64,000 nt of DNA, taken from Cetorhinus maximus (Eukaryota). A program made the position numbers and the translations under genes. The stretch lies in contig NC_135905.1 of assembly GCF_964194155.1 (NCBI RefSeq), forward strand, positions 26,350,001-26,414,000, in the 5' to 3' direction. Positions 47,285 through 59,702 of the stretch are shown here, in pieces; positions within the stretch are counted from its first letter, which is position 1, and each line of letters begins with the position of its first letter. The notes below the pieces were generated by a model that had not been told where the DNA came from, made no database searches, and saw nothing but the letters and a program-made list of their open reading frames with translations.

Positions 47285-49500
47285 TTGGCAACACTAGTTC
47301 ATGAATGAAAAACATGATAGAAGAGCTGGCACAGACACAGTGGGCTGAATGGCCTCATTCTGTGCTAGTTGATTCGAGGAATAATCATAACTCTGCACTG
47401 GCGTCTCTAGGTTGAGTTCTTGGCAAACAGAAGATCTTTGGCGTGTGCCTGCTTGAAACTCAAAACCATAGGAACTGATGCTTGATACAACCAGGCCAGA
47501 AAAATCCTTAAACCATCACACGTCCCTCTGCTGTAATGAAACAATCTTCTCAGCCGAACGAGCATTTTGTTTCCCGGACTGAGCAGGGTTCACTCAGTCT
47601 TAGTTCTGACAACTTAAACCGCAGTAGTTTTCTCCAGTTAACTTAAATTCCTTTCATTCATTCTGTGAGTTTTCCAGCTTCTGAAGATTCCTTCTTTGTT
47701 CCAGCCCGAACCAAGAGGGAATCAGTTCCCAATAGGCACTCGGACATCGCTCTCGAATGAGCTGTTGAAATTTAGCTCTCGGAAGACACCTCCTGTTCTG
47801 CTGCTTCCGGTCCACTTGAGATTAGAAATTACCACGTCAAGAAGGGTTGGTTTCTGTGTTTCACTGTGCTATGCTGGTGATATATTAGACTGCATCACTC
47901 GGTCGCTTTAAGCAATTCATCTTCATAGTTTACTGTACTTTTTGTTACATTGACTGAACTTCCAAATTGGTCTCCATTAAATAACCACTGTACTGTGAGA
48001 CTGCATTGTGCTGTGAGACAATAAAGGGAATAAAAATTGAGGATCACAGACAGATCATAAAAAAGTGAAAGGAGGGACACAGTTCAGTGCAGAGAAGGAG
48101 CACAGGAACAAGAGGAGGTCATTCAGCCCCTCTAATTCACTCCTAGCTGATCTGTATCTTAACTTCATCCTCCTGCCTTGGTTCCCTAAGCCTTACTAAG
48201 CTGGAGGGGAGAAAGCAAGTAGAGTTTGCCCTCGCCCTCCCAGAATGTACTCACCCCGAGTTTCGATTTTCTTATATGTTTAAAATTTGTAGCTTTCTGC
48301 ACTGACTGCTGGATTTGGAAGGGATCAGACATTGGAGATAATCATAATTCGCTCCTTTTGGGACACTGCCAGAAATTTTGGGGGGTAATTTAATTTATCA
48401 ATGGGCAAAAACAAGGTGATAATAAAGCAGCTATCGTTGAGAGTGTGGTGTGTCAAAGGGGGGACACCAGCCTATGCTGTTTTGCGTCTGTTAAAAATGA
48501 CCCTCCTTTTGTTTTTAGATATGCAAATTGTATCCACATCATAACAACAACCTACATTTATATAGCACCTTTAATGTAGTAAACCCAATCCAAGGCATTT
48601 CCCCAGGAGTGAATATCCTGTAAAATGTGACACTGGAGCTGCATGAGGAGAGATTCGAGCGCCTGACCCAAAGTTCGGTCGGGGACGGTAGATTTTAAAG
48701 GAGATGTGGAGAGGTTTAGGGAGGGGAATTGAACCCAGATTGAATTGCAATTGTATGTGTTTTAAATCGTGTAGTTACCTTTGAAAAACATCGAGAACCA
48801 CGTCAGACACTCCAGCAGGAAGGGTTGGCTCACCGAGCCGCTTATCATTCACCTGCTGAGAATGCTAAAGTTATTAATTTAGGGAGATGAACTTAGAGCC
48901 ACAGAGTTGCACAGGGACATTAGCTTTCTCGATACCTGTCTGAGAGGTGGCTTGTACCTTAATTGCAACTCAGTAGCCAGGAAAAAATGGGTTTTTTCCC
49001 TTCATCCCTCTGTTTATTCAGCATTCACAAAACTCATTTAAAGACCAAAACAAACAGACATATATAATACTGAGAGCCATTACAGAAACATTACACATTG
49101 CCTCTTACAACAACCCATAACAGGAATCTCCAGAAATCTGAACACTAATTAGGAACAGATGCCGATGCTCTTACGGGTTGGATAAGCGCTGCCTTTTTAT
49201 GGTTATTAGGTTTTACTGGGCTCTGCAAACATTGCACACAGTGTCCTGAGATGGCTGCAGGGTTAAGGAAATATTTCCCCATTTAATTTGCCCTTAACTA
49301 ATATAGCTCGCTATCAGGGACCCTATCAGGAACAGGCCGAATCCAAAGCTAAAGGGATGACCCGATCCAGGCCGGCAGGCAGTTAAAATTGCCCGGGTTG
49401 TTTACACGCCGGAATCTCGCCATCCGTGATTTTAAGCAGGCGTATGAAGGAAACCCAGGGTCCTTCCTTACATCTGGATGCCTGGTTATGATGACAGGTT

Positions 49501-50571
49501 GGGCTGAATTTTCCCCAAGTCGGGAGCCCTTTAAAAATGGCGGGCGTGTCCCGATCCCGGGATTTCTGACCCCCGTTCCCAGGCTGCCTGGTTTTCTGGA
49601 ACGCCTTTAAAAGGTGCGGGCTGGTTCCTGTCAAAGGCTCAGCCCCTGGCCCTTCCGACCAGGCCGGCTCCATTGTGGAGATAGGCATGTCCCACGCTTC
49701 CTGGAGTCGCGCCAGGCTTTTAAGGAGTCGTGGTTCACAGCCACTCAGAGGAGTTGTGAACCAGATTGTGCATGAGGGGATCTTTCAAAAGGTAAGTTCA
49801 AAAGGTCCTCCTCATGCTCTCCATGCCAAAGTATGGCCCCCACCGCCCCCCCAGCTACCCCCTTAGGCTCCTCATGCCCCCATGGCAAGCTCTGGCCTTC
49901 CACCTATCCCCATGCCCCTTCATTCTTCCAATGCCAAGCAGTGGCACTTGCATGCCCATTGACCCGCTAAACCCAGTATAGGACCAATGAACCCTAAAGC
50001 GACAGCAGGATGTGTAAAAAAGGCGTTTCACTACAAGACAATAAAAGTGTTAATCATCCAGACCCTTTAAAGTGTCAACAACACAAACCACCAACCCTTG
50101 AAACCATTTAACGTTGTGTAAACAAACGTTGTGAAATTGACAGCAGAGATCGGAGAGCCTGAGCTGTCAATCAAACAACGTTTTCTCTGGGGTACAGGTG
50201 TTTCAACAAGAGTAATGGTTGTCTGGGCTCTCAGCCAAGCATACATAATGAGGTATGGGGGCATGAGGTGGCATGGATAGGGCATGGGGAGTGTTTGAAG
50301 GGTGAGGGCTGGAGGGCCTTTATGTTTTTATTTTAACTGGGACAAATCCCATATCTCCGTGTTGGGCCTTTAACAGAACCTGCGTCTGCACCTGACAGCG
50401 CCTGTGGCTGCCTCCAAACATTTTCCCAGGTCTGCTGGCCCGACTCCAGCTCCCACCTGCCCCTGGCAATGATGATACCACCTTTGTGGGCATTTTCTCC
50501 TGAGGTGGGTGGGCCAAACCGGGAATTTTCCCGGCTCCTACTGCTCGTTTCGGGAAGGAAAATTCCAGGCT
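49501..50571. mobile_element. Probable Harbinger-type non-autonomous element (~1.07 kb)
   Basis: Starts gggctgaattttcccc and ends ggaaaattccaggct; internal inverted catgcccc / ggggcatg-rich blocks. Confidence 0.5.
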
Positions 50572-50904
50572 GTTGATTCTGCCTCTATGGCGGACGGTGC
50601 ACCACACCTGCCATATTGGAAGCTTAGGTGCCTGTTTTGTGCCTGAAACATGGGAGTCACGCTGTCGAAATTTTAGGTCTCCCTGTGGTGAAGGATTTGT
50701 CAGAGGGAATTTACCCTGCATGGATGGAGCTTACTTTAAGAGTAGGGTTAACACCCAGATTGTGCGGGGAAAACTATTCTCAAGATTCTTACGCCCCCTT
50801 TTACTGGCTCCACGCTGCTCCCTTTTAGCAAGAAATGGGCTGAAGATGCTCCTCAACCCAGTTCCCCAAAACCACCATGAATGCCAGTCCGCATCAGAAA
50901 CAAT

Positions 50905-51035
50905 GGGCAGGATTTTACAGCCCGGTCACGGTGGGGATGGGGCTGTGAAATACGGTGAGCCATTCCATCGTCCATTGACTTTGGCGGGACTGGAAAATCC
51001 CACCGGCAGGCAGGAGGCGCCGTAGAATTCCGCCC
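50905..51035. mobile_element. 131-bp Harbinger-type mini-MITE
   Basis: TIR gggcaggattttac / gtagaattccgccc; perfect TSD AAT. Confidence 0.85.
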
Positions 51036-51269
51036 AATGCTTCTCTGGCAAAGGAATCCATGAGAATGTTGCTTCCCCTTCTTCCAGGATGAAGTTTGAG
51101 TTAGGACAATAAGGCAGCCACACCTCGATATCAACTACAGACGAAACCTTGGAAGATCAGCAACGAGTGGTACCAGCTGAAGAAAGAAAGAAAATCCTGC
51201 ATTTATATAGCATCTTGAAAATCCCGAATTAATTACCTTTTTGAAGAGTGTAATGTAGGAAATAAGTAC

Positions 51270-52340
51270 AAGAGGGATTGAACATAAAAGTAAGGATGTT
51301 ATGCTTCAGTTATACAGGGCATTTTTGAGACCGCATCTCGAATACTGTGTGCAGTTTTGCCCTCCTCAGGGTTGATGCCTGGAATGAGTGGGTTGCCTTC
51401 TGAGGAAAGGTTGGACAGACTGGGCTTGTTTCCACTGGAGTTTAGAAGAGTGAGGGGTGATTTGATTGAAGTTTACAAGATCCTGAACGGCCTTGACAAG
51501 GTGGACGTGGAAAGGATGTTTCCTCTTGTGGGTGAGCCCAGAACCAGGGGGCACTGTTTTAAAATTAGGGGGTCACCCTTTTAGGACAGAGATGAGGAGA
51601 ATATTTTTTTAATATTCATTCACGGGATGTGGGCTTCGCTGGCTGGGCCAGCATTTATTGCCCACCCCTAGTTGCCCTTGAGAAGGTGGTGGTGAGCTGC
51701 CTTCTTGAACCGCTGCAGTCCATGTGGTGTAGGTACACCCACAGTGCTGTTAGGGAGGGGGTTCCAGGATATTGACCCAGCGACAGTGAAGGAACGGCGA
51801 TATATTTCCAAGTCAGGTGAGTGGCTTGGAGGGGAACTTCCAGGTGGTGGCGTTCCCATCTATCTGGAGGGCCTTTATGTTTTTATTTTAACTGGGACAA
51901 ATCCCATATCTCCGTGTTGGGCCTTTAACAGAGCCTGCGTCAGCGCCTGACAGCCCCTGTGGTTGCCTCCAAACATTTTCCCAGGTCTGCTGGCCCAACT
52001 CCAGCTCCCTCCTGCCCCTTGGCAATGATGATACCACCTTTGTGGGCACTTTCTCCTGAGGTGGGTGGGCCAAACCGGGAACTTTCCCGGCTCCTACCCG
52101 CTCTCAGAGGGTTGTGCGACTTTGGGATTCTCTGCCTCAGAAGGTGGTGGAGACGGGTCATTGAATATTTTTAAGGCAGAGGCAGATAGATTCTTGTTAG
52201 GCAAGGGGATCAAAGGTTATCAGGGTTAGATGGGAATGTGGAACTCGAAACACAACAAGACCTGCCATGATCTTATTAAATGGCGGAGCAGGCTCGAGGG
52301 GCTGAATGGTCTACTCCTGCTCCTATTTCTTATGTTCTTA
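51270..52340 (+). mobile_element. CR1 3' fragment interrupted at ~51611-52099 by an antisense HER1-type 3' end plus a duplicated segment
   Basis: Very similar to 57484-58100; gatgaggagaatattttttt at about 51610 resumes as ctctcagagggttgtg at about 52101. Confidence 0.85.
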
Positions 52341-52409
52341 TGAAATATGGCATCTAATTTTCACACAACAAGCTTCCAATGTGTCACCTCTGGATTTGGC
52401 TGTTCTAAC

Positions 52410-52900
52410 ACACTCCTGGCTGGTCTCCCAAACTCATCGAAAAATCAGCCCGTGTCCTAACTTCTATGAGGTCCCATTCACCCATCACCCCGACAGTCGC
52501 AAACGCATGTTGCCCCTCAGTTAAGCAATGCCTTGATTTTAAAATTCTTCTCCTTGTTTACAGGGCCTGGCCACTATCTCTGTAACCTCCTCCAGCCCTA
52601 CAACCCTCTGAGATCTCTGTGCTTCTCTAATTCTGAGCGTCCTCCATTTTCATTGTTTCACCATCCGCGGCCAGGACCTAGAGCTTGGGATTCCCGTTCT
52701 AAACCTCTGAGCCTCTCGACCTTGTTTCCCTCCTTTAAGATGTTCCTCAAGATCTACCTCTTTGACTAAATGTTTGGCCACCTGACCTAGCATCTCCGTA
52801 TGTTGCTCGGTTTCATATTTTGTTTTATAACGCTCCTGTGAAGCACCCTGGGATGTTTTATTACATTAAAGGCGCCGTGTAAAAAAAAAAGTTGTTGTTG
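52410..52900 (+). mobile_element. L2-like LINE 3' end
   Basis: ttcacccatcacccc...gattttaaaattct...ctctgtaacctcctccagccc...ctacctctttgac...cgctcctgtgaagcacc...gttgttgttg. Confidence 0.8.
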
Positions 52901-52914
52901 TCGATAACCTTAGT

Positions 52915-53183
52915 ACGTTGATTGAGGGATAAATATTGGCCCAGGACACAGGGGGGGGTCCTCCCCTGCTCACCATCGAAATGACGCAGCGGGATATTTA
53001 ATGCGCCCACCTGAGAGGGCAGACGAGGCTTCGGTTTAATGCTCCATCTGAAAGACAGCACCTCGGACAGTGTTGGAGTCCTCAGTACTGGCACTGGACT
53101 GTCAGCCTGGATTACGTTCTCAAGCCTCTGGCGTTTTGTGGCCCATGAGACAAGCGTGCTCAGTGCTGAGCCACAGCTGACAC
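52915..53183 (-). mobile_element. Deu-domain SINE 5' half
   Basis: Reverse strand gtgtcagctgtggctcagc...actgtccgaggtgctgtctttcagatg...ctgccctctcaggtgg...gccaatatttatccctcaa. Confidence 0.75.
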
Positions 53184-54621
53184 TTAACCAGCTGCAATTG
53201 CGAAGCCAGAATCAGCAACAGGCAGATACCATCTACAATTTGAAAAAGAAACGGTCTCCATATTAATTTGCCCTGGTTATGCAACAGCCCACATGATCAC
53301 ATCATTAAGCCATGACTCCATGCTGCTGCGTTCAATATAGACCTGCAGCGGTCGAAGGCATTTAGAAGGCTCTGATTTCAAAGCGTATGGAGCATGTCTG
53401 TGAATGTCAGAGCTGAAACATTAGCACACAGTTTCACTGCACAATTAAAGAATCAATAACGTTTTCAAAGCACCTCTTCCTATTGATTCCCTTGTAAATG
53501 TACATCAACTGTCCTTAAAGCAGCTCCTCATGCACAAGATACATGGGGATGGCCTAAATAGTTCATAAGCGAGCGCGCAGTGACGGCATATTTAACAGGG
53601 AGGCAAACTGTCAGCTTCCCCAGAGCGAGAAAACTGGAACTCCAGTTAAAATGGGAGCGGGGGGAATTTCTCAATTGTCCGAACTGAGCCTGAAATTAAA
53701 AGGGAGGAATTTGAAGGCAAAAATTAAATGTAACAAAAAAAAGTGACTCGTAAAAGCCTACAGAAATAAACAACGGCCGTTTGTAGATGTTACCTTGCGT
53801 GGGATGGTGACAATTTTAGTTCCTTAACCAAACCATCCCCTTGGGAGGAAATGAAGCCAGTGCAGCAAAACTCTTTCCATCTGCACAGCTGACGAAGGAC
53901 AGTTTCTCAAATTCCTCCCTGTTGCTGTCCGGAGCTGAGCTTTCGATGCACTTTGTTGTGTTGTGACACAGCGTCTCGGGCTGTGTCGCTCATTCTGTTT
54001 TGGATCGGGGCGGTGAAGTGTTCATTTTGTGGCAAACTCCCTTTGATCCGTGTGCTGTGGACTGACCAGGGCAAACCCTGGTAAGAGCGAAGGCTCTGTC
54101 AAGGCACCTAAAACATTTCAGATCGGAGGCGGCAGCTCAGCAGTGTGTGTCTTGCCGTGGTTTTGCATTCATAAAGGTCAATGAAATGTTTGTAACCAAA
54201 GTAAACAATTCCCAGGGTATGTTGACATTCTCTTCCCAGCACATCCCTTATGATGTGCCAGGTCTGATTTCCACAACTGTTAAATGGACTGTAATTGCCT
54301 GAACAGTAGTCCCTGCCAGTGATGTTCATTACTGGCACTGCCACATCGGGGCATCAGCCAAGAATTTAGAAGCTATCCTTGGAAGCATTGGTGGGTGAAC
54401 TGACAAGGCTTTCTTGTGACATTCCCTGTTGACTATTTCCAATGTGAGTGTTCAATGGGTTATTGTCTCTCGAAAGGATAGATAGGGTAGAACTATTTAC
54501 AATCCAGAGGAAGGGGGCATGAGTTGGCATTCAGTAGGCATAGAGGGCGTGAGGGGTGACTGGGAGGGGGCAGTGAGGAGTTGGGAGGGGTAAGGGCTAC
54601 AGGATCTGAAATCTTCTCAAA

Positions 54622-55655
54622 CAGAATCACAGAGTCTTAACAGCACAGAAGGAGACCATTTGGCCCATCGTGTCTGCACTGGCTCTCCAAATGAGCATTA
54701 TGACCTAGTGCCATCACCCTGCCTTTTCCCCGTACCCCGGAACATTGTTTCTATTCAAATAATCATCTAATGTCCTCTTGAATGCCTCGATTGAACCTGC
54801 CTCCACCACACTTCCAGGCAGTGCATTCCAGACCCGAGCCACTCGCTGTGTGAAGAAGTTTTTTCTCACGTCACATTTGCTTCTTTTGCAAATCACCTTA
54901 AATCTGTGCCCTCTCGTTCTTAATCCTTTTATGAGTGGGAACAGCTTCTCCCTATTTACTCTGCCCAGCCCCTCATGATTTTGAACATCTCTATCAAATC
55001 TCCTCTTAACTTTCTCCTCTCCAAGAAGAACAGTCCCAATCTCTTCAATCTATCTTCATAGCTGAAGTTTCTCACCCCTGGAACCATTCTTGTAAACCTC
55101 TTCTGCACTCTCTCCAATGTGTTCACATCCTTCCTATAGTATGATGCCCAGAACTGTACACAATATTCCAGCTGAGGTCTAATCAGTGTCTTATATAAAT
55201 TCAGCATAACCTCCCTGCTCCTGTGCTCTGTGCCTCTATTAATAAAGCCCAGGATACTATATGCTTTATTAACTGCTCTCTCCACCAGTCGTGCCACCTT
55301 CAACAATCTATGCACATATACACCCAGGTCTTTCTGCTCCTGCACCCCCTTCAAAATTTCACCCTTTATTTTATATTGTCTCTCCATGTTCTTCCTACTA
55401 AAATGCATCACCTCACACTTCTCCGCATTGAACTTCATCTGCCACCTATCTGCCCACTCCACCAACTTGTCTGTGTCCTCTTGAAGTTCCACACCGTCCT
55501 CCTCACAGTTCACAACATTCCCAAGCTTTGTATCATCCGCAAACTTTGAAATTGTCCCCTGCACACCAAGATCTAGATATTTTATATATATCAGGAAGAG
55601 CAAGGGTCCCAATACCGACCCCTAGGGAACTACACTACAAACCTTCCTCCAGCCC
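54622..55655 (-). mobile_element. CR1 LINE, 5'-truncated, RT C-terminus largely open
   Basis: ORF 55612-54956: GPLLFLIYI...KFADDTKLG...WQMKFNAEKCEVMHF...LYKTLIRPQLEYCVQFW; then KNFFTQRVARVWNALP and the 3' tail. Confidence 0.92.
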
Positions 55656-55689
55656 TCCAATTAAAGATGAGGTGAGTCTTCTGACCAGC

Positions 55690-56266
55690 CCACCAATTAA
55701 CTCCCAGCCAGCAGGAAATGCGCATTGAAAGGCCCAGCGTTGTCAGGGCGGGGGCGGGAGGAGGGTGAGCGCTGAAGTCTGTGCGGGCGTGGGGCAGTGT
55801 GCAGTGAAAGCCCCCTGAAGCCAGAGAGCTGCCTCAGGGAGCTGAAGAATTTGAAACCCTTAAATAAAGGTTTTAGAATCCCAGAAAAAGTTTCCACCCA
55901 TAAGAATCACTCACCCAAACATGTTGATGATAAAAATTCTGCCCAAACATTCTTATTTTAAATTAATATCGGAAACCTCATCCCGCCCTTGGATGAGGTT
56001 TCCTCAAAACTCCGCCTGGTCAATACGCCCGCCTGCCAACCATAAAGCTGGACGGGCAGTGAAAAATAACAGTTAATTAATTTTTTAATGGCCTCATTAG
56101 GCCTCTTAATTGTCAGCGGGCGGGTTGCTGACTCTTGTGCGCGTGTGCTGACTGAAATATTGCGCGAGTGTGCAATGACGTTGGGACACCCGCTCGACAC
56201 CACGTGCTATTTCACAGTCGGGCGTGTTGGGCGCGCGCCCACACTCTGAGTGGAAAATCCTGCCCC
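55690..56266. mobile_element. Harbinger-type MITE (left end truncated) between two divergent CR1 copies
   Basis: Colinear with 17532-18171; hairpin ggaaacctcatcccgcccttggatgaggtttcc; ends ggaaaatcctgccc. Confidence 0.75.
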
Positions 56267-58100
56267 AAGAGTTTCTACAAGTATTAAAACAGGATAAGAG
56301 TGAGTAAAGCGACTGTTGGTTTTCTAGAGAGTGAGAATGGGGAGTTAATAGCAGATAATCAGGAAACGGTGGATGAAATGAACAAATATTTTGCTTCTGT
56401 CTTCACTGCAGAGGATACAAAAAACATTGCAATAATAGCTTTAAATCAGGAGGTGGAAAGGAGAGGGGAACCTGGTGAAATTGCAATCACTAGGGAAGAG
56501 GTACTGAGCAAATTGATGGAGCTGCGGGCTGACAAGTCTCTGGGTCCCGATGGACTTCACCCTAGGGTCTTAAAAGAGGTGGATAATGAGGCAGTCGTGT
56601 GCTGGTGTCAATTTTCCAAAATTCTCTAGATTCTGGAAAGGTTCCATTAGGCTAGAAAGTCGCAAACATAATCCCTCTATTCAAGAAGGGAGGGAGGCAG
56701 AAAATAAGAAACTATAGGCCAGTTAGCTTGACGCCTGTCATTGGGAAGGTGTTAGAGTCGATCGCTAAAGAGGTTATAGCTGAGTACTTAGAAAAACTCA
56801 GGGTAATCGGGAAGAGTCAGCATGGTTTTGTGAAAGGGAAATCATGTTTAACCAATTTATTAGAGTTCTTTGAAGGGGTAACATGCACTGTGGATAAAGG
56901 GGAGCCTGTAGACATACTTGGATTTCCAGAAGGTATTTGATAAGGTGGCACAGCAAAAGTTACTGTGGAAAATAAAAGCTCACGGTGTAGAGATAACATA
57001 TTAGCATGGCGAGAGGATTGGCTGGCTGGCAGGAAACAGAGAGTATGCATAAATGGGTCTTTGTCTCATTGGCCGGATGTGACGAGTGGAGTCCCAAAGG
57101 GGTCTGTGCTGGGACCTCAACTTTATACAATTTATATCAATGACTTAGATGAGGGGAGCGAAAGCATGGTAGATAAATTTACAGGCAGCACAAAGATAGG
57201 TAGGAAAGTATGTTGTGAAGAAGACAAAAGGAGCTTGCAGATAAATATAGATAAGTTGAGTGAGTGGGCATAAATCTGGCAGATGGAGTACAATGTGGGA
57301 AAATGTGAAGTTCTTCAACTTGGCAGGAAGAATAAAAATACAGAGTATTATTTAAATGGAGAATGACTGCAGAATTCCGAGGTGCAGAGGGATCTAGGTG
57401 TTCTTGTGCATGAGTCACAAAAAGTTAGTATGCAGGTACAGCATGTAGTCAAGAAGCTCATGGAATGCTATCCATTATTGTGAGAGGAATTGAACATAAA
57501 AGTAAGGATGTTATGCTTCAGTTATACAGGGCATTGGTGAGACTGCACCTCGAATACTGTGTGCAGTTTTGGTCTCCTGATTTAAGGAAGGATGTACATG
57601 TGTTGGAGACGGTTCAGAGGACGTTTACTAGGTTGAAAGCTGGATTGAGCGGGTTGTCTAATGAGGAAAGGTTAGACAGACTGGGCTTGTTTCCACTGGA
57701 GTTTATGAGAGTGAGGGGTGATTTGATTGAAGTATACAAGACCCTGAACGGCCTTGACAAGGTGGACGTGGAAAGGATGTTTCCTCTTGTGGGTGAGCCC
57801 AGAATTAGTGGGCACTGTTTTAAAATTAGCGGTCACCCTTTTAGGACAGAGAAGAAGAGAAATTTTTTCTCTCAGAGGGTTGTGTGACTTTGGAACTCTC
57901 TGCCTCAGAAGGTGGTGGAGGCGGGGTCACTGAATATTTTTAAGGCAAAGTAGATAGATTCTTGTTAGGCAAGGGAATCAAAGGTTATCGGGGGGGGTAG
58001 ACGGGAATGTGGAATTCGAAACACAAACAGATCAGCCATGATTTTATTGAATGGTGGAACAGGCTCGAGGGGCTGAATGGCCTACTTCTGCTCCTATTCT
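56267..58100 (+). mobile_element. CR1 LINE ORF2 (RT) and 3' UTR, frameshifted
   Basis: MNKYFASVFT, KSLGPDGLHPRVLKE, NYRPVSLT, SQHGFVKGKSCLTNLLEFFE, VTSGVPKGSVLGP.LY.IYINDL, LYRALVRLHLEYCVQFWSP. Confidence 0.95.
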
Positions 58101-58102
58101 GT

Positions 58103-58786
58103 GGGCAGCTTTTTCCAGTCGGGGCCCACTTCCAACGTGTAAAATGACGCGGGATGATGTCGGGTGGAACTCCCGCGTCATTTCGATTTTCAGTTCGCAG
58201 GGCGCAGCCAAGTCAGCTGTGCGCCCGCCGACCTGTCAACGGCCTATTGAGGCCATTAAAAAAATAATTGAAATCATTAATGGACCTGCCCGTCCAACCT
58301 TAAGGTTGGCGGACAGGCCGGGAGCCCTGGCGGGCTTCAGAAAAAGCATGAAAACCTCATCCACGGGCGGGGTGAGGTTTCACGATGATTTTTAGAATAT
58401 TTTAAAATAAACGTTATGGACATGTCCCAACTCCTGTGACAGTGTCAGGTCACTCATGTGAGGGGACATGTCAGTAAAATTTTCTCTATTCTCTAACCTG
58501 GTTTTCACATTTGAGCCGATCTCCCTGAGGCAGCACTTTGCCTCAGGGAGGTCTGTGCGTCCTTCCGCGCGCATGTCTGAAAGAGCGCACTCCCGGCTCA
58601 GGGAACCCCCCCCTCCGCCCGCACAGGGAACGCACAGCGCTTCCAGGCGGACGTCACGCTGGGCGGGCCTTAATTGGCCCGCCCACATAAAATGGCGGCG
58701 TGGACCCGATCGGGGGCACCGATTGGGAACCCGCCCGCTCGCGCCCACTCCCGCACAACCCCTCTGACGAGGGGAAGATCCTGCCC
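58103..58786. mobile_element. ~680-bp Harbinger-type MITE inserted in a CR1 tail
   Basis: gggcagcttttt...aagatcctgccc; TSD TGT; colinear with 46587-47284. Confidence 0.85.
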
Positions 58787-59702
58787 TGTATGTTTGGATG
58801 CCACCCAATAATGTACCTGTTAAAGGAAGTATCCCTCCCAACCTCTCATTGTTGTGCATGACAACACACGCTACATAAAAACTTCAATGCAACTGTGCAG
58901 CTTAGAGGGAACATTATTTATAGGTTAATGCAATACCATTTTCTTTGTGGTACCTGTGTTGAACAGGACACTAAGCACCTTGAATCCAGGAAGTGTCATC
59001 CTTCAGAATGCCGAATAAAAAACACGAAAAAAAATGAGCCAAACTGATAATGCAAGTGTGTCCCAGAGTTTCTGGAATAATGACCCTCTTGAACCTCTCA
59101 GAAAGCACACTCGCAGAGGTCTGCTTAGCTTAATGGAAATAATTGGAGCATAAATGGACTAATGCTCCAAAGATGGATAAAGAGCGCTATCGAAAATGTT
59201 TGGCACTTTTTAAAATGTCTTCCCCATTTGTACAGAGAGAAGAAAGAACTTTCATTTAAGGATCAGCCTTTCATGTTCTCAGAGCATCCCAAAGCGGCTC
59301 ACAGCCAACGGACTCTTTTGAAGAGCGCAGTTACTGTTGTCACACAGACAAAAAAGAGACTGACAGTTTCGGCAGAGGAAGAGCAAACAGCAATTATATC
59401 ATCAAATTGCGGGCAGCATTTATTAGAAAATTACAAATGCGCATCAAAAAATTGTGGGTAATGCGTGTAGTTCATAGCACTCATTCAAATATTGCAGACA
59501 ACACACATCACATATCAATGGGCAATGCACGTGGGGAGATTATCCCCGATGTCTTTTTTTATTTATTTGTTCATGGGATGCGAGCATCGCTGACTAGGCC
59601 AGCATTTATTGCCCATCCCTAATTGCCCTTGTATATTGTTACTGAACAAATCAATATTTAGGAACATCGAAGTAGACCGTTTCAGCTCTCGAGCGTTTTT
59701 TT

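Noticed and set aside
48255-48366. Minus-strand exon ending at a strong GGG|GTGAGT donor
   Set aside because: The acceptor is weak or ambiguous, the longer version has stops in all frames, and the peptide is not recognisable.
51124-51176. Minus-strand exon after ttctttctttcttcag
   Set aside because: The pyrimidine tract is a SINE tail (aagaaagaaag), the donor is weak and all frames contain stops.
54622-58100. Twin-primed single CR1 inversion
   Set aside because: The two divergent pieces cover overlapping RT regions, have different 3' tails and are separated by a MITE, so they are independent insertions.
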